Shown in pieces: positions 32,101 to 47,180 of a stretch of DNA of 64,000 nt. The notes beneath the pieces are model-generated. The model did not search any database. It saw only the letters and a program-made list of their open reading frames with translations, and was not told the origin of the DNA. A program made the position numbers and the translations under genes. Source of the stretch: Eledone cirrhosa. Taxonomy: Eukaryota. The stretch lies in the NCBI GenBank assembly GCA_964016885.1, contig OZ024743.1, positions 137,330,001 to 137,394,000 on the forward strand. The letters run 5' to 3'. The first letter of the stretch is position 1. The number at the start of each line of letters is the position of its first letter.

Positions 32101-33390
32101 CCAGCACCAAGCACCAAGCACCAAACACCAGGCACCAAACACTAAACACCAAACACCAAGCACCAAGCACCAAGCACCAAACACCAAGCACCAATCACTA
32201 AGCACCAAACACCAAGCCCCAAGCACCAAGCACCAAACACCAAACACCAAGCACCAAGCACCAAACACCAAGCACCAACCACCATGCACCTAGCACCAAA
32301 CACCAAACACCAAGCACCAAGCACCAAACACCAAGCACCAATAACCAAGCACCAAACACCAAGCAGCAAGCAGCAAGCAGCAAGCACCAAACACGAAACA
32401 CCAAGCACCAAGCACCAAACACCAAGCACCAAGGACCAAACATCAAACACCAAGCACCAAGCACCAAACACCTAACACCAAGCACCAAGCACCAAGCACC
32501 AAGCACCGAACACCAAGCACCAAACACCAAGCACCAAGCACCAAGCACCAAACACCAAGCACCAGGCACCAAGCACCAAACACCAAGCACCATGCACCAA
32601 GCACCAAACACCAAGCACCATGCACCAAGCACCAAGCCCCAAACACTTAACACCAAGCACCAAGCACCAAGCACCAAACACCAATCACCAAAAACCAAAC
32701 ACCAAGCACCAAGTACCAAACACCAAGCACGAAGCACCAAACACCAAGCACCAAGCACCAATCACCAAACACCAAGAACCAAGCACCATACACCAAGCAC
32801 CAAGCACCAAGGACCAGGCACCAAGCACCAAGCAGCAAACACCAAGCATCAAACACCAAACACCAAACACCAAGCACCAAACACCAAGCACCAAGCACCA
32901 AACACCAAACACCAAGCACCAAGCACCAAGCACCAAACAACAAACACCAAGCACCAAACACCAGATATCAAGCACCAAGCACCAAACACCAAACACCAAG
33001 CACCAAGCACCAAACACCAAACAACAAGCACCAGGCACCAAGCACCAAACACCAAACACCAAGCACCAAGCACCAAACACCAAACACCAAGCACGCAGCA
33101 TCAAACACCAAGCACCAAGCACCAAGCACCAAACACCAAGCACCAAGCACCAAATACCAAGCACCAAACACAAAGCACCAAGCACCAAACACCAAGCACC
33201 AAGCACCAAACACCAAGCACCAAGCACCAAACACCAAACCACAAGCACCAAACACCAAACCCCAAGCACCAAGCACCAAACACTAATCACCAAGCACCAA
33301 GCACCAAACAACAAGCACCAAGCACCAAGCACCAGGCACCAAGCACCAAGCACCAAACACTAATCACCAAGCACCAAGCACCAAGCACCA
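29110..33390 (+). repeat. Tandem higher-order repeat, period ~2.12-2.17 kb, 2 copies with whole-monomer indels
   Basis: ORF offsets 2147 (29668/31815), 2119 (30165/32284) and 2126 (30466/32592, 30559/32685). All equal 7n-2, matching the 5-bp monomer at 31308. Confidence 0.85.
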
Positions 33391-36300
33391 AACACCATGC
33401 ACCAAGCACCAAGCACCAAAAACCAAGCACCAAGCACCAAACACCAAACACCAAGATCCAAACACCAAGCACCAAGCACCAAGCACCAACCACCCAGCAC
33501 CAAGCACCAAGCACCAAACACCAAGCACCAAACACCAAGCACCAAGCACCAAGCACCAAGCACCAAGCACCAAACACCAAACACCAAGCACTAAGCACCA
33601 AACACCAAGCCCCAAGTACCAAGCACCAAACACCAAACACCAAGCACCAAGCACCAATCACCAAACACCAAGAACCAAGCACCAAACACCAAGCCTTTAG
33701 GACCAAGCACCAGGCACCAAGCACCAAGCACGAAACACAAAACACCAAGCACCAAGCACCAAGCAGCAAACACCAAGCATCAAACACCAAACACCAAACA
33801 CCAAGCACCAAACACCAAGCACCAAGCACCAAACACCAAACACCAAGCACCAAGCACCAAGCACCAAACACAAAACACCAAGCACCATACACCAAACACC
33901 AAGCACCAAGCACCAAACACCAAACAACAAGCACCAGGCAACAAGCACCAAACACCAAACACCAAGCATGCAGCATTAAACACCAAGCACCAAGCACCAA
34001 ACACCAAGCACCAAGCACCAAGCACCAAGTACCAAACACCAAACACCAAGCACCAAACACCAAACACCAAGCACCAAGCACCAAGCACGAAACACCAGGC
34101 ACCAAGCACCAAGCACCAAACACCAAACACCAAGCACCAAACACCAGCCACCAAGCACCAAGCACCAAACACTAATCACCAAGCACCAAGCACCAAACAC
34201 CAAGCACCAAGCACCAAACACCAAACCCCAACCACCATAGACCAAGCACCAAGCACCAAGGAACAAACACCAAGCACCAAGCACCAAGCACCACACACCA
34301 AGCACCAAGCACCAAGCACTAAACAGCAAGCACCAAACACCAAACACCAAACAACAAACACCAAACAGCAAACACCAAACACCAAACAGCAAACAGCAAA
34401 CGCCAAACACCAAGCACCAAGCACCAAGCACCAAACACCAAGCACCAAGCACCAAGAACCAAACACCAAACACCAAACAGCAAGCACCAAGCACCAAACA
34501 CCAAGCACCAAACACCAAACCCCAAGCACCAATCACCAAACACTAATCACCAAGCACCAAGCACCAAACACCGAGCACCAAACACCAAGCACCAAGCACC
34601 AAACACCAAACCCCAACCACCATAGACCAAGCACCAAGCACCAAAGAACAAACACCAAGCACCAAGCACCAAGCACCAAACACCAAGCACCAAGCACCAA
34701 ACACCCAGCACCAAGCACCAAGCATCAAACAACAAGCACCAAGCACCAAACACCAAACACCAAACACCAAGCACCAAGCACTAAACAGCAAGCACCAAAC
34801 ACCAAACACCAAACAGCAAACACCAAACAGCAAACACCAAACACCAAACAGCAAACAGCAAACGCCAAACACCAAGCACCAAGCACCAAGCACCAAACAC
34901 CAAGCACCAAGCACCAAGCACAAAACACCAAACACCAAGCACCAAACACCAAGCATCAAACACCAAGCACCAAGCACCAAACACCAAACACCAAGCACCA
35001 AACACCAAGCACCAAACACCAACCACCAAACACCAAGCACCAAACACGAAACACCAAGCACCAAGCACCAAGCACCAAACACCAAGTACCAAACACCAAG
35101 CACCAAACACCAAGTCCCACTCACCAAGCAGCAAACACCAAGCACCAAGCCCCAAGCACCAAGCACCAAGCACCAAGCACCAAGCCCCTAGCACCAAACA
35201 CCAAACACCAAGCACTAAGCACAAAACACCAAGCACCAATCACCACGCACCAAACACCAAGCATCAAGCAGCAAGCACCAAACACCAAACACCAAGCACC
35301 AAGCACCAAATACCAAACACCAAGCACCAAGGACCAAACATCAAACACCAAGCACCAAGCACCAAACGCCTAACACCAAGCACCAAGCACCAAGCACCAA
35401 GCACCAAACACCAAGTACCAATCACCATACACCAAGCACCAAGCACCAAACACCAAGCACCAGGCACCAAGCACCAAACACCAAGCACCAAGCACCAAAC
35501 AGCAAGCACCAAGACCGAAGCACCAAACACCAAGCACCAAGCACAAAGCACCAAGCACCAAGCACCAAAAACCAAACACCAAGCACCAAGTACTAAACAC
35601 CAAGCACTAAGAACCAAACACCAAGCACCAAGCACCAATCACCAAACACCAAGTACCAAGCACCAAACAGCAAGCACCAAGCACCAAGCACCAGGCACCA
35701 AGCACCAAGCAACAGACACAAAACACCAAGCACCAAGCACCAAGCAGCAAACACCAAGCATCAAACACCAAACACCAAACACCAAGCACCAAACACCAAG
35801 CACCAAGCACCAAACACCAAACACCAAGCACCAAGCACCAAGCACCAAATACCAAACACCAAGCACCAAACACCAGATACCAAGCACCAAGCACCAAACA
35901 CCAAACTCCAAGCACCAAGCGCCAAACACCAAACAACAAGCACCAGGCACCAAGCACCAAACACCAAACACCAAGCACCAAGCACCAAACACCAAACACC
36001 AAGCACGCAGCATCAAACACCAAGCACCAAGCACCAAGCACCAAGCACCAAACACCAAGCACCAAGCACCAAGCCCCAAGCAGCAAGCACCAAACACCAA
36101 GCAACAAGCACCAAATACCAAGCACCAAGCACCAATCACCAAGCACCAAACACCAAGCACCAAAAAATAAGCACCAAGCACCAAACACCAAGCACCAAGC
36201 ACCAAACACCAACCACCCGGCACCAAGCACCAAGCACTAAACACCAAGCACCAAACACCAAACACCAAGCACCAAGCACCAAGCGCCAAGCACCAAACAC

Positions 36301-38193
36301 CAAGCACCAAGCACTAAGCACCAAACACCAAGCCCCAAGCAGCAAGCACCAAACACCAAACACCAAGCACCAAGAACCAAACACCAAGCACCAAGCACCA
36401 AGCATCTAGCACCAAACACCAAACACCAAGCACCAAGCACCAAACACCAAGCACCAATCACCAAGCACCAAACACCAAGCAGCAAGCACCAAGCACCAAG
36501 CACAAAACACCAAGCACCAGGCACCAAGCACCAAACACCAAGCACCATGCACCAAGCACCATGCCCCAAACACTTAACACCAAGCACCAAGCACCAAACA
36601 CCAAGCACCAAAAACCAAACACCAAGCACCAACTACTAAACACCAAGCACCAAACACCAAACACCAAGCATCAAACACCAAACACCAAACACCAAGCACC
36701 AAACACCAAGCACCAAGCACCAAACTCCAAACACCAAGCACCAAGCACCAAACAACAAGCACCCAGCACCAAACACCAAACACCAAGCACGCAGCATCAA
36801 ACACCAAGCACCAAGCACCAAGCACCAAACACCAAGCACCAAGACCCAAGCACCAAACACCAAACAACAAGCACCAGGCCCCAAGCACCTAACACGAAAC
36901 ACCAAGCACGCATCACCAAGCACCAAGCACCAAACACCAAACACCAAACACCAAGCACCAAGAACCAAACACCAAACACCAAACAGCAAGCACCAAGCAC
37001 CAAACACCAAGCACCAAACACCAAACACCAAGCACCAATCACAAAATACTAATCACCAAGCACCAAGCACCAAACACCGAGCACCAAGCATCAAGCACCA
37101 AACACCAAGCACCAAGCACCAAGAACCAAGCACCAAACACCAAGTACCAAGCACCAAACACCAAACCCCAAGCACCAAAGACCAAGCACCAAGCACCAAG
37201 GACCAAACACCAAGCACCAAGGACCAAGCAACAAACACCAAGCACCAAGCACGAAACACCCAGCACCAAGCACCAAGCACCAAACACCAAACACCAAGCA
37301 CACAGCATCAAACACCAAGCACCAAGCACCAAGCACCAAACACCAGGCACCAAGCACCAAGTACCAAACACCAACCACCAAGCACCAAACACCAAACACC
37401 AAGCACCAAGCACCAAGCACGAAACACCAGGCACCAAGCACCAAGTACCAAACACCAAACACCAAGCACCAAACACCAGCCACCCAGCACCAAGCACCAA
37501 ACACCAAACACCAAGCACTAAGCACCAAACACCAAACAGCAAGCACCAGGCACCAAGCACCAAACACCAAACACCAAGCATGCAGCACCAAACACCAAGC
37601 ACCAAACACCAAGCACCAAACACCAAGCACCAAGCACCAAGCACCAAACACCAAACACCAAGCACCAAGCACCAAGAATCAAACACCAAACACCAAACAG
37701 CAAGCACCAAGCACCAAACACCAAGCACCAAACACCAAACACCAAGCACTAAGCACCAAACACCAAACAACAAGCACCAGGCACCAAGCACCAAACACCA
37801 AACACCAAGCACGCAGCACCAAACACCAAGCACCAAGCACCAAGCACCAAACACCAAGCACCAAGCACCAAGCACCAAACACCAAACACCAAACACCAAG
37901 CACCAAGAACCAAACACCAAACACCAAACAGCAGGCACCAAGCACCAAACACCAAGCACCAATCACCAAACACTAATCACCAAGCACCAAGCCCCAAACA
38001 CCAAGCACCAAGCAGCAAGCACCAAACACCAAGCACCAAGCACCAAACACCAAGCACCAAACACCAAGCACCAAGCACCAAACACCAAACCCCAAGCACC
38101 AAAGACCAAGCACCAAGCACCAAGCCCCAAACACCAAGCACCAAGCAGCAAGCACCAAAAACCAAGCACCAAGCACCAAACACCAAGAACCAA

Positions 38194-41100
38194 ACACCAA
38201 GCATCAAACACCAAACACCAAACACCAAGCACCAAACACCAAGCACCAAGCACCAAACACCAAACACCAAGCACCAAGCACCAAGCACCAAACAACAAAC
38301 ACCAAGCACCAAACACCAGATATCAAGCACCAAGCACCAAACACCAAACACCAAGCACCAAACACAAAACAACAAGCACCAGGCACCAAGCACCAAACAC
38401 CAAACACCAAGCACCAAGCACCAAACACCAAACACCAAGCACGCAGCATCAAACACCAAGCACCAAGCACCAAGCACCAAACACCAAGCACCAAGCACCA
38501 AACACCAAGCACCAAACACAAAGCACCAAGCACCAAACACCAAGCACCAAGCACCAAACACCAAGCACCAAGCACCAAACACCAAACCACAAGCACCAAA
38601 CACCAAACCCCAAGCACCAAGCACCAAACACTAATCACCACGCACCAAGCACCAAACAACAAGCACCAAGCACCAAGCACCAGGCACCAAGCACCAAGCA
38701 CCAAACACTAATCACCAAGCACCAAGCACCAAGCACCAAACACCAAGCACCAAGACCCAAGCACAAAACACCAAGCACCAAGCACCAAACACCAAACACC
38801 AAGCACCAAAGACCAAGCATGAAGCACCAAGCACCAAGTACCAAACAATAAGCACCAAGCACCAAGCACCAAACACCAAGCACCAAGCACCAAACACCAA
38901 CCACCCAGCACCAAGCACCAAGCACCAAACACCAGGCACCAAACACTAAACACCAAACACCAAGCACCAAGCACCAAGCACCAAACACCAAGCACCAAGC
39001 ACTAAGCACCAAACACCAAGCCCCAAGCACCAAGCACCAAACACCAAACACCAAGCAACAAGCACCAAACACCAAGCACCAAGCACCATGCACCTAGCAC
39101 CAAACACCAAACACCAAGCACTAAGCACCAAACACCAAGCACCAATCACCAAGCACCAAACACCAAGCAGCAAGCAGCAAGCACCAAACACCAAACACCA
39201 AGCACCAAGCACCAAACACCAAGCACCAAGGACCAAACATCAAACACCAAGCACCAAGCACCAAACACCTAACACCAAGCACCAAGCACCAAGCACCAAG
39301 CACCGAACACCAAGCACATAACACCAAGCACCAAACACCAAGCACCAAGCACCAAACACCAAGCACCAAACACCAAGCACCAAGCACCAAGCACCAAGCA
39401 CCAAACACCAAGCACCAGGCACCAAGCACCAAAACACCAAGCACCATGCACCAAGCACCAAGCCCCAAACACTTAACACCAAGCACCAAGCACCAAGCAC
39501 CAAACACCAATCACCAAAAACCAAACACCAAGCACCAAGTACCAAACACCAAGCACCAAGCACCAAACACCAAGCACCAAGCACCAATCACCAAACACCA
39601 AGAACCAAGCACCATCCATCAATCACCAAGCACCAAGCACCAGGCACCAAGCACCAAGCACCAAACACAAAACACCAAGCACCAAGCAGCAAGCAGCAAA
39701 CACCAAGCATCAAACACCAAACACCAAACACCAAGCACCAAACACCAAGCACCAAGCACCAAACACCAAACACCAAGCACCAAGCACCAAGCACCAAACA
39801 ACAAACACCAAGCACCAAACACCAGATATCAAGCACCAAGCACCAAACACCAAACACCAAGCACCAGGCACCAAGCACCAAACACCAAACACCAAGCACC
39901 AAGCACCAAACACCAAACACCAAGCACGCAGCATCAAACGCCAAGCACCAAGCACCAAGCACCAAACACCAGGCACCAAGCACCAAACACCAAGCACCAA
40001 ACACAAAGCACCAAGCACCAAACACCAAGCACCAAGCACCAAACACCAAGCACCAAGCACCAAACACCAAACCACAAGCACCAAACACCAAACCACCAGC
40101 ACCAAGCACCAAACACTAATCATCAAGCACCAAGCACCAAACAACAAGCACCAAGCACCAAGCACCAGGCACCAAGCACCAAGCACCAAACACTAATCAC
40201 CAAGCACCAAGCCCCAAACACTTAACACCAAGCACCAAGCACCAAGCACCAAACACCAATCACCAAAAACCAAACACCAAGCACCAAGTACCAAACACCA
40301 AGCACCAAGCACCAAACACCAAGCACCAAGCACCAATCACCAAACACCAAGAACCAAGCACCATCCATCAATCACCAAGCACCAAGCACCAGGCACCAAG
40401 CACCAAGCACCAAACACAAAACACCAAGCACCAAGCAGCAAGCAGCAAACACCAAGTATCAAACACCAAACACCAAACACCAAGCACCAAACACCAAGCA
40501 CCAAGCACCAAACACCAAACACCAAGCACCAAGCACCAAGCACCAAACAACAAACACCAAGCACCAAACACCAGATATCAAGCACCAAGCACCAAACACC
40601 AAACACCAAGCACCAGGCACCAAGCACCAAACACCAAACACCAAGCACCAAGCACCAAACACCAAACACCAAGCACGCAGCATCAAACACCAAGCACCAA
40701 GCACCAAGCACCAAACACCAGCCACCAAGCACCAAACACCAAGCACCAAACACTAAGCACCAAACACCAAGCACCAAGCACCAAACACCAAGCACCAAGC
40801 ACCAATCACCAAACACCAAGAACCAAGCACCATCCATCAATCACCAAGCACCAAGCACCAGGCACCAAGCACCAAGCACCAAACACAAAACACCAAGCAC
40901 CAAGCAGCAAGCAGCAAACACCAAGCATCAAACACCAAACACCAAACACCAAGCACCAAACACCAAGCACCAAGCACCAAACACCAAACACCAAGCACCA
41001 AGCACCAAGCACCAAACAACAAACACCAAGCACCAAACACCAGATATCAAGCACCAAGCACCAAACACCAAACACCAAGCACCAGGCACCAAGCACCAAA

Positions 41101-44100
41101 CACCAAACACCAAGCACCAAGCACCAAACACCAAACACCAAGCACGCAGCATCAAACACCAAGCACCAAGCACCAAGCACCAAACACCAGGCACCAAGCA
41201 CCAAACACCAAGCACCAAACACAAAGCACCAAGCACCAAACACCAAGCACCAAGCACCAAACACCAAGCACCAAGCACCAAACACCAGACCACAAGCACC
41301 AAACACCAAACCACCAGCACCAAGCACCAAACACTAATCATCAAGCACCAAGCACCAAACAACAAGCACCAAGCACCAAGCACCAGGCACCAAGCACCAA
41401 GCACCAAACACTAATCACCAAGCACCAAGCCCCAAACACTTAACACCAAGCACCAAGCACCAAGCACCAAACACCAATCACCAAAAACCAAACACCAAGC
41501 ACCAAGTACCAAACACCAAGCACCAAGCACCAAACACCAAGCACCAAGCACCAATCACCAAACACCAAGAACCAAGCACCATCCATCAATCACCAAGCAC
41601 CAAGCACCAGGCACCAAGCACCAAGCACCAAACACAAAACACCATGCACCAAGCAGCAAGCAGCAAACACCAAGCATCAAACACCAAACACCAAACACCA
41701 AGCACCAAACACCAAGCACCAAGCACCAAACACCAAACACCAAGCACCAAGCACCAAGCACCAAACAACAAACACCAAGCACCAAACACCAGATATCAAG
41801 CACCAAGCACCAAACACCAAACACCAAGCACCAGGCACCAAGCACCAAACACCAAACACCAAGCACCAAGCACCAAACACCAAACACCAAGCACGCAGCA
41901 TCAAACACCAAGCACCAAGCAGGAAGCACCAAACACCAGGCACCATATACCAAACACCAAGCACCAAACACAAAGCACCAAGCACCAAACACCAAGCACC
42001 AAGCACCAAACACCAAGCACCAAGCACCAAACACCAAACCACAAGCACCAAACACCAAACCACCAGCACCAAGCACCAAACACTAATCACCAAGCACCAA
42101 GCACCAAACAACAAGCACCAAGCACCAAGCACCAGGCACCAAGCACCAAGCACCAAACACTAATCACCAAGCACCAAGCACCAAGCACCAAACACCATGC
42201 ACCAAGCACCAAGCACCAAAAACCAAGCACCAAGCACCAAACACCAAACACCAAGATCCAAAGACCAAGCACCAAGAACCAAGAACCAACCACCCAGCAC
42301 CAAGCACCAAGCACCAAACACCAAGCACACAAACACCAAACACCAAGCACCAAGCACCAAGCACCAAGCACCAAGCACCAAACACCAAGCACCAAGCACT
42401 AAGCACCAAACACCAAGCCCCAAGTACCAAGCACCAAACACCAAACACCAAGCACCAAGCACCAATCACCAAACACCAAGAACCAAGCACCAAACACCAA
42501 GCCCCTAGGACCAAGCACCAGGCACCAAGCACCAAGCACCAAACACAAAACACCAAGCACCAAGCACCAAGCAGCAAACACCAAGCATCAAACACCAAAC
42601 ACCAAACACCAAGCACCAGGCACCAAGCACCAAGCACCAAACACCAAGCACCAAGCACCAAGCACCAAGCACCAAACACCAAACACCAAGCATCAAACAC
42701 CAAACACCAAACACCAAGCACCAAACACCAAGCACCAAGCACCAAACACCAAACACCAAGCACCAAGCACCAAGCACCAAACAACAAACACCAAGCACCA
42801 AACACCAGATATCAAGCACCAAGCACCAAACACCAAACACCAAGCACCAAACACAAAACAACAAGCACCAGGCACCAAGCACCAAACACCAAACACCAAG
42901 CACCAAGCACCAAACACCAAACACCAAGCACGCAGCATCAAACACCAAGCACCAAGCACCAAGCACCAAACACCAAGCACCAAGCACCAAACACCAAGCA
43001 CCAAACACAAAGCACCAAGCACCAAACACCAAGCACCAAGCACCAAACACCAAGCACCAAGCACCAAACACCAAACCACAAGCACCAAACACCAAACCCC
43101 AAGCACCAAGCACCAAACACTAATCACCACGCACCAAGCACCAAACAACAAGCACCAAGCACCAAGCACCAGGCACCAAGCACCAAGCACCAAACACTAA
43201 TCACCAAGCACCAAGCACCAAGCACCAAACACCAAGCACCAAGACCCAAGCACAAAACACCAAGCACCAAGCACCAAACACCAAACACCAAGCACCAAAG
43301 ACCAAGCATGAAGCACCAAGCACCAAGTACCAAACAATAAGCACCAAGCACCAAGCACCAAACACCAAGCACCAAGCACCAAACACCAACCACCCAGCAC
43401 CAAGCACCAAGCACCAAACACCAGGCACCAAACACTAAACACCAAACACCAAGCACCAAGCACCAAGCACCAAACACCAAGCACCAAGCACTAAGCACCA
43501 AACACCAAGCCCCAAGCACCAAGCACCAAACACCAAACACCAAGCAACAAGCACCAAACACCAAGCACCAAGCACCATGCACCTAGCACCAAACACCAAA
43601 CACCAAGCACTAAGCACCAAACACCAAGCACCAATCACCAAGCACCAAACACCAAGCAGCAAGCAGCAAGCACCAAACACCAAACACCAAGCACCAAGCA
43701 CCAAACACCAAGCACCAAGGACCAAACATCAAACACCAAGCACCAAGCACCAAACACCTAACACCAAGCACCAAGCACCAAGCACCAAGCACCGAACACC
43801 AAGCACATAACACCAAGCACCAAACACCAAGCACCAAGCACCAAACACCAAGCACCAAACACCAAGCACCAAGCACCAAGCACCAAGCACCAAACACCAA
43901 GCACCAGGCACCAAGCACGAAAACACCAAGCACCATGCACCAAGCACCAAGCCCCAAACACTTAACACCAAGCACCAAGCACCAAGCACCAAACACCAAT
44001 CACCAAAAACCAAACACCAAGCACCAAGTACCAAACACCAAGCACCAAGCACCAAACACCAAGCACCAAGCACCAATCACCAAACACCAAGAACCAAGCA

Positions 44101-47100
44101 CCATCCATCAATCACCAAGCACCAAGCACCAGGCACCAAGCACCAAGCACCAAACACAAAACACCAAGCACCAAGCAGCAAGCAGCAAACACCAAGCATC
44201 AAACACCAAACACCAAACACCAAGCACCAAACACCAAGCACCAAGCACCAAACACCAAACACCAAGCACCAAGCACCAAGCACCAAACAACAAACACCAA
44301 GCACCAAACACCAGATATCAAGCACCAAGCACCAAACACCAAACACCAAGCACCAGGCACCAAGCACCAAACACCAAACACCAAGCACCAAGCACCAAAC
44401 ACCAAACACCAAGCACGCAGCATCAAACGCCAAGCACCAAGCACCAAGCACCAAACACCAGGCACCAAGCACCAAACACCAAGCACCAAACACAAAGCAC
44501 CAAGCACCAAACACCAAGCACCAAGCACCAAACACCAAGCACCAAGCACCAAACACCAAACCACAAGCACCAAACACCAAACCACCAGCACCAAGCACCA
44601 AACACTAATCATCAAGCACCAAGCACCAAACAACAAGCACCAAGCACCAAGCACCAGGCACCAAGCACCAAGCACCAAACACTAATCACCAAGCACCAAG
44701 CCCCAAACACTTAACACCAAGCACCAAGCACCAAGCACCAAACACCAATCACCAAAAACCAAACACCAAGCACCAAGTACCAAACACCAAGCACCAAGCA
44801 CCAAACACCAAGCACCAAGCACCAATCACCAAACACCAAGAACCAAGCACCATCCATCAATCACCAAGCACCAAGCACCAGGCACCAAGCACCAAGCACC
44901 AAACACAAAACACCAAGCACCAAGCAGCAAGCAGCAAACACCAAGTATCAAACACCAAACACCAAACACCAAGCACCAAACACCAAGCACCAAGCACCAA
45001 ACACCAAACACCAAGCACCAAGCACCAAGCACCAAACAACAAACACCAAGCACCAAACACCAGATATCAAGCACCAAGCACCAAACACCAAACACCAAGC
45101 ACCAGGCACCAAGCACCAAACACCAAACACCAAGCACCAAGCACCAAACACCAAACACCAAGCACGCAGCATCAAACACCAAGCACCAAGCACCAAGCAC
45201 CAAACACCAGCCACCAAGCACCAAACACCAAGCACCAAACACTAAGCACCAAACACCAAGCACCAAGCACCAAACACCAAGCACCAAGCACCAATCACCA
45301 AACACCAAGAACCAAGCACCATCCATCAATCACCAAGCACCAAGCACCAGGCACCAAGCACCAAGCACCAAACACAAAACACCAAGCACCAAGCAGCAAG
45401 CAGCAAACACCAAGCATCAAACACCAAACACCAAACACCAAGCACCAAACACCAAGCACCAAGCACCAAACACCAAACACCAAGCACCAAGCACCAAGCA
45501 CCAAACAACAAACACCAAGCACCAAACACCAGATATCAAGCACCAAGCACCAAACACCAAACACCAAGCACCAGGCACCAAGCACCAAACACCAAACACC
45601 AAGCACCAAGCACCAAACACCAAACACCAAGCACGCAGCATCAAACACCAAGCACCAAGCACCAAGCACCAAACACCAGGCACCAAGCACCAAACACCAA
45701 GCACCAAACACAAAGCACCAAGCACCAAACACCAAGCACCAAGCACCAAACACCAAGCACCAAGCACCAAACACCAAACCACAAGCACCAAACACCAAAC
45801 CACCAGCACCAAGCACCAAACACTAATCATCAAGCACCAAGCACCAAACAACAAGCACCAAGCACCAAGCACCAGGCACCAAGCACCAAGCACCAAACAC
45901 TAATCACCAAGCACCAAGCCCCAAACACTTAACACCAAGCACCAAGCACCAAGCACCAAACACCAATCACCAAAAACCAAACACCAAGCACCAAGTACCA
46001 AACACCAAGCACCAAGCACCAAACACCAAGCACCAAGCACCAATCACCAAACACCAAGAACCAAGCACCATCCATCAATCACCAAGCACCAAGCACCAGG
46101 CACCAAGCACCAAGCACCAAACACAAAACACCATGCACCAAGCAGCAAGCAGCAAACACCAAGCATCAAACACCAAACACCAAACACCAAGCACCAAACA
46201 CCAAGCACCAAGCACCAAACACCAAACACCAAGCACCAAGCACCAAGCACCAAACAACAAACACCAAGCACCAAACACCAGATATCAAGCACCAAGCACC
46301 AAACACCAAACACCAAGCACCAGGCACCAAGCACCAAACACCAAACACCAAGCACCAAGCACCAAACACCAAACACCAAGCACGCAGCATCAAACACCAA
46401 GCACCAAGCAGGAAGCACCAAACACCAGGCACCATATACCAAACACCAAGCACCAAACACAAAGCACCAAGCACCAAACACCAAGCACCAAGCACCAAAC
46501 ACCAAGCACCAAGCACCAAACACCAAACCACAAGCACCAAACACCAAACCACCAGCACCAAGCACCAAACACTAATCACCAAGCACCAAGCACCAAACAA
46601 CAAGCACCAAGCACCAAGCACCAGGCACCAAGCACCAAGCACCAAACACTAATCACCAAGCACCAAGCACCAAGCACCAAACACCATGCACCAAGCACCA
46701 AGCACCAAAAACCAAGCACCAAGCACCAAACACCAAACACCAAGATCCAAAGACCAAGCACCAAGAACCAAGAACCAACCACCCAGCACCAAGCACCAAG
46801 CACCAAACACCAAGCACACAAACACCAAACACCAAGCACCAAGCACCAAGCACCAAGCACCAAGCACCAAACACCAAGCACCAAGCACTAAGCACCAAAC
46901 ACCAAGCCCCAAGTACCAAGCACCAAACACCAAACACCAAGCACCAAGCACCAATCACCAAACACCAAGAACCAAGCACCAAACACCAAGCCCCTAGGAC
47001 CAAGCACCAGGCACCAAGCACCAAGCACCAAACACAAAACACCAAGCACCAAGCACCAAGCAGCAAACACCAAGCATCAAACACCAAACACCAAACACCA

Positions 47101-47180
47101 AGCACCAGGCACCAAGCACCAAGCACCAAACACCAAGCACCAAGCACCAAGCACCAAGCACCAAACACCAAACACCAAGC
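38194..47180 (+). repeat. Near-identical tandem duplication, period 4489 bp (641 monomers plus 2 bp), 2 copies
   Basis: Many identical ORFs at +4489 (38204/42693, 39446/43935, 40337/44826, 41644/46133, 42399/46888). Two 8-bp monomers per copy (39426/43915, 42325/46814). Confidence 0.95.
39450..42170 (+). repeat. Nested four-copy sub-array with 749/469/749-bp spacing, repeated at ~43940-46660
   Basis: The marker GCACCAT-CCATCAA-TCACCAA has CCATCAA at 39616, 40365, 40834, 41583 and 44105, 44854, 45323, 46072. Not seen elsewhere. Confidence 0.9.

Noticed and set aside
33680-33705. TTTAGG in GCCTTTA-GGACCAA resembling the plant telomere repeat TTTAGGG
   Set aside because: Single incomplete occurrence. 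It is a point variant of GCCCCTA-GGACCAA seen at ~42501, ~46990, ~57260, ~59906 and ~62034.
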